Positions 57,410 to 64,000 of a DNA stretch of 64,000 bases are shown here, one piece after another. Below the pieces are notes generated by a model. The model saw only the letters and a list, made by a program, of their open reading frames with translations, made no database searches and was not told the origin of the DNA. The stretch lies in NCBI GenBank assembly GCA_964422415.1, contig CAYRBI010000003.1:10607-74606 (forward strand), in the 5' to 3' direction. This DNA is from an uncultured bacterium (GTDB lineage: Bacteria; Hinthialibacterota; Hinthialibacteria; OLB16). Every line of letters starts with the position of its first letter. Within the stretch, counting starts at the first letter, position 1. Made by a program: the position numbers and the translations under genes.

Positions 57410-58320
57410 TTGTTACGGTCGGCTCGATCGCACTGGATTCGATCGAGACCCCTCAGCATAAAGCGGAGGATGTTCTCGGCGGAAGTGCGACCTTTATCAC
57501 CGCCGCGGCCTCAAAACTGGCTCCGGCGGCTGTCATCGGGATCGTGGGAGATGATTTCCCCAAGCAATACCGGGATCTCTTCCAGAAATGGGGTGTGAAC
57601 ACCTCCGGGCTGGAGGTTGTATCCGGAAAGACCTTCCGCTGGGGGTGTCAGTACCACCCCGATATGATCCACCGGGACACCCTCTTTACCGAATTAGGGG
57701 TGTTCGCCACTTTCGATCCGAAGGTACCGGAGGAGCTACGTGAGGCGCCCTATGTTGCCTTGGGGAACATCCACCCCGATCAGCAACAGTCGGTCTTGAA
57801 CCAGATGAAGGCCCCGCGATGGGTACTCGCCGACACCATGAAATTGTGGCTCGACATCGCCCGGCCTTCATTGGATCAGCTCATCTCCAGGGTAGATTGC
57901 CTGGTGGTGAACGATGAGGAGGCTCGTCAGCTGACCGGCAAGATCAGCCTAACCGCCGCCGCCTACGATATCTTGGACCGGGGCCCGTCCTCGGTCATCA
58001 TTAAAAGAGGGGAACATGGGGCCTCGCTACATTCCCGCGAGGGGATGTTCGTCGCTCCCGCTTTTCCCCTCCAGTACATCACCGATACCACCGGGGCGGG
58101 CGACACCTTCCTGGGGGGCTTGGTGGGGTGGATCGCCAAATGTGGAAAGACCGGTCTGGAGACGATCAAGCAGGGCATCCTGATCGGTTCCTGTTTGGCG
58201 GCGTATACAGTGGAATCCTCGGGGCTGGACCGTCTGGATGCGGTGAGCCTGCCGGAACTCGGCGAAAGGATTCGTGTTCTTAGGGATCTGACCCAAGTGG
58301 GTGAGATATCTCTCTGTTGA
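57406..58320 (+). CDS. PfkB-family carbohydrate/nucleoside kinase (ribokinase-like)
   Basis: N-terminal GG motif (GGSATFI). The C-terminal PfkB signature is DTTGAGDTFLGGLVGWIA. Confidence 0.8.
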   Translation: MIVTVGSIALDSIETPQHKAEDVLGGSATFITAAASKLAPAAVIGIVGDDFPKQYRDLFQKWGVNTSGLEVVSGKTFRWGCQYHPDMIHRDTLFTELGVFATFDPKVPEELREAPYVALGNIHPDQQQSVLNQMKAPRWVLADTMKLWLDIARPSLDQLISRVDCLVVNDEEARQLTGKISLTAAAYDILDRGPSSVIIKRGEHGASLHSREGMFVAPAFPLQYITDTTGAGDTFLGGLVGWIAKCGKTGLETIKQGILIGSCLAAYTVESSGLDRLDAVSLPELGERIRVLRDLTQVGEISLC

Positions 58321-58344
58321 TGTTCCCCAGGGGGGTCAAAGGTC

Positions 58345-59646
58345 ATGGCAAGCGAAGTGAAGGTTGGTTTAGTTGGATTCGGAGTGGTCGGCACTGGCAT
58401 GATCCAGTGTCTGACCGGAAACCGGAGTCAGATCGACGAACGGGCGGGGATTCCTGTCCGTGTGAGAAAGATTGCCGATCTGGATATCACCACTCCCCGC
58501 AATGCCGATCTGACAGGAATCACCCTGACCACCAACGCCAAGGAGATTCTCGATGACCCCGGGATCGATATCGTAGTTGAATTGGTGGGCGGCACTGGGT
58601 TTGCCTATGACCTCATCGCTAGCGCCCTTAAGGCGGGTAAAGATGTAGTCACCGCCAACAAGGCTCTCCTAGCGCATCGTGGCCATGAACTCTTCGATCT
58701 GGCCCGGGAGAACAACCGCCTCTTACTCTTCGAGGCGGCTGTGGGTGGGGGCATCCCCATCATCCAGGCCTTACGCACCGGGTTATGCTCCACCGAGGTT
58801 GAGCGGATCTATGCGATTCTCAATGGAACCGCCAATTATATTCTCACACGGATGGAGGAGGCCCACCTAGATTTCGATGTGGCCCTTCACGAAGCCAAGA
58901 TCAAGGGTTACGCCGAAGCTGACCCAACCTTCGATATCGAGGGACATGACACCACCCACAAGATTGTGCTCCTCAGTCAGTTGGCTTATGGCTGCCGGGT
59001 CAAATTTGAAGATGCCGCCCGTGAGGGGATCACACGGCTGACCTTCTTTGACCTGCAGATGGCCAAGGAACTCGGTTACCGGGTAAAGCTACTGGCCACC
59101 GCCAAACGCGATGGTGGCCGTTTGGATATCCGCTGCCATCCGGCGTTGATCCCACTGGACTCTCATCTGGCCGCGGTGAGTGGTGTCTACAACGCCATTG
59201 TGGTCGCGGGACGGCCCCTCGGCACGGTCATGTTCTATGGACAAGGCGCGGGCGGACCCGCCACGGGAGCGGCGGTGACAGCGGACCTGATGGAAGCGGC
59301 CCGCCAAATTGTACGTGGTCCAGACCGGTGCAATTACTACTCCTTCGATCATCTCGACCTGCCGGTCAAGCCTGTGGGCGAGACCTCCTCAGCCTACTAT
59401 CTGAAGCTCATCGTCAAAGACCGTCCCGGTGTTGTCTCCGAGGTAGCGGCCGCACTGGCTCAAGAGTCGATTAGCATCGCTTCCTTCATCCAGAAGGAAC
59501 GGCGCGAAGCTCACGAAGCGGTCCCGATCGTGATCACCACCCATGAGGCCCTCAAGAGCTCCATGGACCATGCTATCGAGAAGATCGCCACCCTAGATTC
59601 CGTGGTTGAGCGTCCCTTCTTGATCCGTATCGAGGACTTCCAATAG
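58345..59646 (+). CDS. hom: homoserine dehydrogenase (with C-terminal ACT domain)
   Basis: NAD-binding VGLVGFGVVGTG. The catalytic domain includes ANKALLA and GGGIPII. The C-terminal ACT-like segment is YYLKLIVKDRPGVVSEVAAALAQESISIAS. Confidence 0.9.
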   Translation: MASEVKVGLVGFGVVGTGMIQCLTGNRSQIDERAGIPVRVRKIADLDITTPRNADLTGITLTTNAKEILDDPGIDIVVELVGGTGFAYDLIASALKAGKDVVTANKALLAHRGHELFDLARENNRLLLFEAAVGGGIPIIQALRTGLCSTEVERIYAILNGTANYILTRMEEAHLDFDVALHEAKIKGYAEADPTFDIEGHDTTHKIVLLSQLAYGCRVKFEDAAREGITRLTFFDLQMAKELGYRVKLLATAKRDGGRLDIRCHPALIPLDSHLAAVSGVYNAIVVAGRPLGTVMFYGQGAGGPATGAAVTADLMEAARQIVRGPDRCNYYSFDHLDLPVKPVGETSSAYYLKLIVKDRPGVVSEVAAALAQESISIASFIQKERREAHEAVPIVITTHEALKSSMDHAIEKIATLDSVVERPFLIRIEDFQ

Positions 59647-59652
59647 ATCACC

Positions 59653-60759
59653 GTGGTACGGGCCGCGTATTATGTCGATTCGCATGGTTTCGGCCATGCC
59701 ACGCGCTCCATGGCTCTGGCCGAGGCACTCCCCTCCTCCTGGGAGGTGGTGTTCAAAACCAACGCGCCGGAGTGGTTGTTCCGGAAGGAACTCGCCCGGC
59801 CCTACATGCATGTGGCCTCACCGCTCGATATCCACCCCGTACATACCACCTCCTACTTCATCGATCCCCTGGGCACATTCCAGCACACACAAGCCAAACT
59901 CCAGGGCTTGGAAGACCTTGTCCAGAACGAGGTGGCTTGGCTGCGGAAATCCAAGGTGGATGTGGTCATCGCTGATATCCCGCCCTTGGCGATTCATGCC
60001 GCGAAATGCGCTGGCCTTCCCGCTTTTGGAGTGAGCAACTTCACTTGGGATTGGATCTTCAAGCCTCTCTTGGATGGAATAAGTGGCAAACAAGTGATTG
60101 CCACGATGCGGAATATGACCGCCCAGGCCACTGCCAACTTCCGTCTGCCCTTCTCCACCCCAGAGACTTTTCCAGGGGGTTCCATCGAATCCCCACTTCT
60201 GGTGCGCTCGGTCCGTATGAGTCGCGAGGAAGCCCGTAAACACTACGGCCTGACTGTAGGAACCACCTATGTCCTGGTCACATTTGGGGGGATCGAGGGT
60301 CCGGTAAAGAGCCTGGCTCCTCTGATGGATTTTCAACCCCTCCAGTTCGTGAGCGTGGCGAAGGAATCCGGGAATGGACCTCCTCTGGAACAGGGCCTCT
60401 TCCGCCACCCGGAGATCACCAACCTCTGGATTCTCCGGCGCGATGACCTCTATCACCCCGATCTGGTCAATGCGATTGACGCGGTGGTGACCAAGCCGGG
60501 TTACGGGATCCTCTCGGAGTGCATGGCTACCGCCACCCCCATCATCCTGGATGCACGAGATGATTTCCGTGAGTTCATGGCCGTCCGCGCCACAGCGGAG
60601 AGGTACCCTCAAATGGCAATTGTAGACAATGCCCAAATGAAACGGCTCGATCTCGGTGATCCCCTCGCCAAGGTCTTGAATAGCCCAGCACAGCCATGGG
60701 AGGGAGGTCTCAACGGCGCTGAGTTTGTCGCGGGAATCATTGCTGGACATTTTCATTAG
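59653..60759 (+). CDS. GT-B fold glycosyltransferase (MJ1255/UDP-glycosyltransferase-like family)
   Basis: The N-terminus YYVDSHGFGHATRSMALAEAL is the characteristic start of this GT-B family. The C-terminal donor-binding half carries VVTKPGYGILSECMA. The antisense 372-aa ORF is judged a shadow ORF. Confidence 0.6.
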   Translation: MVRAAYYVDSHGFGHATRSMALAEALPSSWEVVFKTNAPEWLFRKELARPYMHVASPLDIHPVHTTSYFIDPLGTFQHTQAKLQGLEDLVQNEVAWLRKSKVDVVIADIPPLAIHAAKCAGLPAFGVSNFTWDWIFKPLLDGISGKQVIATMRNMTAQATANFRLPFSTPETFPGGSIESPLLVRSVRMSREEARKHYGLTVGTTYVLVTFGGIEGPVKSLAPLMDFQPLQFVSVAKESGNGPPLEQGLFRHPEITNLWILRRDDLYHPDLVNAIDAVVTKPGYGILSECMATATPIILDARDDFREFMAVRATAERYPQMAIVDNAQMKRLDLGDPLAKVLNSPAQPWEGGLNGAEFVAGIIAGHFH

Positions 60760-60868
60760 GGCAAGAAAACGCAAGATATTGCCCGGTAAACCTTCCTTTT
60801 TCCAATTGACACCCCCATCTGGAATCTCGATGCTATCAGTTGTTAATTCTCTCAGAGAGGAGCTGTGT

Positions 60869-62008
60869 ATGCATCGTTTCGTTGTCCTGACTCTATTGTT
60901 GGCTTCAATGGCCATGGCCCAGGACCCAGCGCTCAAGTTCGAGCGTACACGTATTGGCCAAGTGACTTATGAGGCGTGTTCCATTTTTGATGTTAACAAG
61001 GATGGTTCTCTCGACATTGTGAGTGGCGAATATTGGTTTCAAGGTCCCGAGTTCACACACTCGCATAAGATCTGCGACATCATGCCCGCCGCCGACTACT
61101 ACGATGATTTCTCGAACTACCCACTGGATGTAAATGGTGATGGATACCTTGACATCGTCACTGGTGGATGGTGGGGAGAATCCCTCCAATGGCGCGAAAA
61201 CCCCAAGGGGCAGAACGTAGAATGGAAAACTCACCTCATTGAGAAGTGCGGGAATGTCGAGACCACCCGTTTCTGGGATGTGGATGGCGATGGAATTGTG
61301 GAAGCCGTCCCCAATGCAGGCGGCAATGTAGCCTTCTACAAGCTCATCACGGATACGAATGGTAAGGGGACCGGAGAGTTCAAGAAATACATGGTCAAAC
61401 AGGGTGAGTGTGGCCATGGCCTTGGTTATGGCGATGTAAATGGCGATGGCCGTGGTGACTTTATCGTCCCCGATGCCTGGATCGAAGCCCCCACCGATGT
61501 CCTCAATGGAAAGTGGACCTGGCATCCTGAGTTTCAACTCGGTACAGCCAGCATTCCGGTCCTGGTGTTTGATGTCAATGAAGACGGGAAGGCCGATCTG
61601 ATCTCAGGCGCGGCCCATCCATATGGCTTAGCTTGGTGGGAGCAGGGTCAAGGCGCGGATGGAAAACGGACCTGGACCAAACATGACATCGACCCTGACC
61701 GTTCCCAGTATCATGACCTGGTTCTGGCGGACATTGACAACGATGGCAAGCAGGAAATGCTCACCGGTAAACGTTACCGGGCCCACTGTGGACATGATCC
61801 CGGTTGGACTGATCCAGTGGGTGTCTATTACTTCAACATCGACGGTGGCAAATTCGAACGTGTGACTCTCGATTACGGCCCGGCGGACAAAGCCAGCGGC
61901 GCGGGTATTTATATGTGGGTCGAAGACATCGATGGTAATGGCTGGAAAGATGTACTCGCCCCGGGTAAGGAAGGACTCTATCTGTTCAAGAACATGGGGC
62001 AGATGTAA
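60869..62008 (+). CDS. secreted FG-GAP / VCBS-repeat beta-propeller protein
   Basis: Start at the ATG at 60869, with GAGAGGAG 7 nt upstream, giving the signal peptide MHRFVVLTLLLASMAMAQD. There are seven Ca-binding-loop-like repeats (DVNKDGSLDIV, DVNGDGYLDIV, DVDGDGIVEAV, DVNGDGRGDFIV, DVNEDGKADLI, DIDNDGKQEML, DIDGNGWKDVL). Confidence 0.75.
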   Translation: MHRFVVLTLLLASMAMAQDPALKFERTRIGQVTYEACSIFDVNKDGSLDIVSGEYWFQGPEFTHSHKICDIMPAADYYDDFSNYPLDVNGDGYLDIVTGGWWGESLQWRENPKGQNVEWKTHLIEKCGNVETTRFWDVDGDGIVEAVPNAGGNVAFYKLITDTNGKGTGEFKKYMVKQGECGHGLGYGDVNGDGRGDFIVPDAWIEAPTDVLNGKWTWHPEFQLGTASIPVLVFDVNEDGKADLISGAAHPYGLAWWEQGQGADGKRTWTKHDIDPDRSQYHDLVLADIDNDGKQEMLTGKRYRAHCGHDPGWTDPVGVYYFNIDGGKFERVTLDYGPADKASGAGIYMWVEDIDGNGWKDVLAPGKEGLYLFKNMGQM

Positions 62009-62051
62009 CAGGTCTTCAGCGGTCTATTGAAAAAAAAACAGTTGCGATGAG

Positions 62052-62137
62052 ACCATGGATTCCCGCTTTCGCGGGAATGACGATTTCCATTAAAAATCCC
62101 CTGATCCGTCATTCCCGCGAAAGCGGGAATCCATGGT
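62052..62137. mobile_element. 86-bp MITE-like palindromic element, intergenic copy
   Basis: accatggattcccgctttcgcgggaatgacgatttccattaaaaatcccctgatccgtcattcccgcgaaagcgggaatccatggt. It has the same length and terminal inverted repeats as the copy at 35778. It lies 44 bp after the FG-GAP gene stop. Confidence 0.8.
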
Positions 62138-62262
62138 CGCGGGACTTTCCCAACCAACGGATAGGGCAGTAGTTGGCCTTTACAGGCTCAGAATCTTGAC
62201 CCCCTCACCCATCACAATGAGTGAGGGGGTCTTTTCATATACACAATCGGGCTCATATACCG

Positions 62263-63600
62263 CTACTCGGAAACTTGAACCACTTGTAACATGCTTGGTT
62301 CCGGCCATGGCGGTTCCCTGGGGCGATCCCGGTTCGGCCCTAATGTTTCCCAACGCAGTTGGTAACGGGTACCCGGCTTGCCGGAACTGCCCAGGTCCTT
62401 GGCCCACCTGACAGCCATGCCGGGGAAGGCTGAGTGAACCGTGCCCGGAATCCGCGGCGCTGATTTCTCGTTTTCTGTTTTCATCACTGTGAGATCCTCT
62501 TCATCAAGTGTCCATACCCCGCTCCCCTCTTTCGCGTGATGGTACCCCAAAGTCAGGCCCCGCTCTGGCGAGTAATGGACTGGCTCCATCTTGATTTCGA
62601 AGTTGATCGTTCCCCCACCAGAGAACTCCCAACGGTAGTTCCACTGACTGGTCTGACGGATAGCCCAGTTGCCGTCCTCCAACCGGGCGGTGAACACCTG
62701 GGTTTTTCCATTCGCATCGTATTTGTGATACGTGAGAATGGGCCGGTTCTGGCTGTCAAACCCAATGGTGTGATTCCCATTCAAGATCCCGCCACCTGGC
62801 GGCACCGGATCGACGATATCCCCGGTCTCAAGGGTGATGGGTAGCGTCAGCGGCTCCCCATTGCTCTTTTCCCAATGGATGAGGTCTTTGCTGCGCGCAT
62901 AGGACAGGTGGTGGTTGCTGGCGCAATCGGGCGTGTCACGCCACACCCAGCACAAGTGGTAATATCCATCTGGACCAACAATGGGCCCATTAAAATACGC
63001 GTTCATGAGGCCTTGGCCATCTGTCAGTGGAGTATCAAGCAAACGGCGCCAAGTCTGCGCGGAGGCATCGTAGATGTTGTAGATCTGATTCCCGGAGCCA
63101 CTTTGTCCATCCCGGTAAGTGAAGACCAAGGCTCCATCCGGCCCAGAAAAGAACTTCGGATAGGTGACCTTCGTTTCTTCGCTTCCAGTCATGCTTGACA
63201 CTCGTTCGAAGGTGGAAAAGTCACGCGGCTCGCGGGTCCGGAAATATACGAGTGGCACGCAGTGCATGTTGCCCGACAGGTGAATCCGTCCCGTGCTGTC
63301 CATGACCATGGTCACGTAATTATGGCTATCCCAGACCAACTGTTCTGGAAGGCGGAACAGACGCCACTCCTTCGAGTCCAGTGTGCGTTGGCCCACAGTC
63401 ATTTTCCGGTCCGCATCATAAAATGCTACGAATTGATCGTTGCCATCCGTTAAGAGGCAGAAACCAACCATGTGGCCGGCCCATACCGGGGCTACATCGA
63501 CTACCTCGACTGATCCCTCCGCGTGTGCACCAGATATCCAGCAGGCAGCCTGCACCATCCCCCACACAAGAAGTACATAAAGAACACCAGGACATCGCAT
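62263..63600 (-). CDS. secreted beta-propeller-like hypothetical protein (possibly BNR-4-type family)
   Basis: 445 aa with the signal peptide MRCPGVLYVLLVWGMVQAACWISGAHA. It is Trp/Gly/Asp-rich and beta-rich with sialidase-like repeat character. Family assignment is tentative. Confidence 0.5.
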   Translation of the reverse strand: MRCPGVLYVLLVWGMVQAACWISGAHAEGSVEVVDVAPVWAGHMVGFCLLTDGNDQFVAFYDADRKMTVGQRTLDSKEWRLFRLPEQLVWDSHNYVTMVMDSTGRIHLSGNMHCVPLVYFRTREPRDFSTFERVSSMTGSEETKVTYPKFFSGPDGALVFTYRDGQSGSGNQIYNIYDASAQTWRRLLDTPLTDGQGLMNAYFNGPIVGPDGYYHLCWVWRDTPDCASNHHLSYARSKDLIHWEKSNGEPLTLPITLETGDIVDPVPPGGGILNGNHTIGFDSQNRPILTYHKYDANGKTQVFTARLEDGNWAIRQTSQWNYRWEFSGGGTINFEIKMEPVHYSPERGLTLGYHHAKEGSGVWTLDEEDLTVMKTENEKSAPRIPGTVHSAFPGMAVRWAKDLGSSGKPGTRYQLRWETLGPNRDRPREPPWPEPSMLQVVQVSE

Positions 63601-63785
63601 GAAAAAAACTCCTTCGGATGTGATTGATACCGCTCCGGCTCAGGCGATTGTCTCCAATGATCTCGCTCAATACAAGAATTTGTGACACTCACATACAACA
63701 CAGTGAGTCATGGAGATGTAATCTAGAATTATTCTCATGGGGTAAAGCGCGCGGAGCGTGAGGGTTGGATTGGCAAGACGAAGAT

Positions 63786-64000
63786 TATTTTTTTTGTGGC
63801 TTCCCGGTCATGGGAACAAACCGGACTGGTTCGATGAAGGTAGTCTTTATCGAGCCATCGGATTGCTTAATCACCAATAGGAGGTCTTGAACCTCATACA
63901 CCTCTCCAACAGGGATACACATCCTCCCGCCGGGACGGAGTTGATCGATCAAGGTTTGGGGAATCTCTGGCGGTGCGCAGGTAACGATGATGGCATCGAA
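63786..64000 (-). CDS. pcm: protein-L-isoaspartate O-methyltransferase, C-terminal part (5' end beyond window)
   Basis: The minus-strand translation FDAIIVTCAPPEIPQTLIDQLRPGGRMCIPVGEVYEVQDLLLVIKQSDGSIKTTFIEPVRFVPMTGKPQKK* matches the PCMT C-terminus (DAIxVTAAAPEIPxxLxxQLKPGGRMViPVG...VxFVPL). Confidence 0.7.

Noticed and set aside
59818-60936. 372-aa minus-strand ORF overlapping the GT-B gene and the FG-GAP start
   Set aside because: No motifs are present. The plus-strand ORF begins with the characteristic YYVDSHGFGHATR glycosyltransferase N-terminus.
1-64000. Search for tRNA/rRNA genes and CRISPR arrays
   Set aside because: No rRNA-like conserved stretches, no cloverleaf-sized conserved gaps, and no regularly spaced multi-unit repeats were seen by eye. 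A tRNAscan or cmsearch run would be needed to be certain.

Overview
This is a high-GC (~58-60%) bacterial chromosomal segment. Its envelope genes are Gram-negative-type: an LpxL-family lipid A acyltransferase, a SurA-like periplasmic PPIase, an O-antigen-ligase-like protein, a WbaP-like sugar phosphotransferase, and an MBOAT/DltD-like pair. Housekeeping genes are clear (folD, thrB, hom, glnD, rluB, pcm), and two competence genes are present (comEC, dprA). The secreted and surface proteins carry prepilin-type N-termini, FG-GAP repeats, PPC domains on a subtilase, and EF-hand loops, which suggests an environmental, possibly PVC-like, lineage; this lineage guess is an inference. No rRNA, tRNA or CRISPR array was recognised. 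The most unusual observations are:
- A 1262-aa, stop-free, full-length homolog of DNA polymerase III alpha (DnaE) whose PHP and palm catalytic residues appear to be replaced. It heads an operon with a DUF134 protein and a His-rich NifX-like protein.
- An 86-bp palindromic MITE-like element present in three copies. One copy sits in-frame inside the DnaE-like ORF, and one sits between the ATPase and permease genes of an ABC operon.
- An intact MntA-type nucleotidyltransferase antitoxin whose HepT toxin partner is reduced to a ~30-codon stub.
- A 225-bp intergenic repeat cluster that shares a 20-bp palindromic motif (CACGC-TAAA-GCGTG-AACAAC) with other intergenic sites.
- A family of C-rich/G-rich long hairpins downstream of genes.
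- A SPOR-SpoIID/LytB fusion giant protein and an O-antigen-ligase-TPR fusion.
All protein calls rest on motif recognition by eye; no database searches were run.
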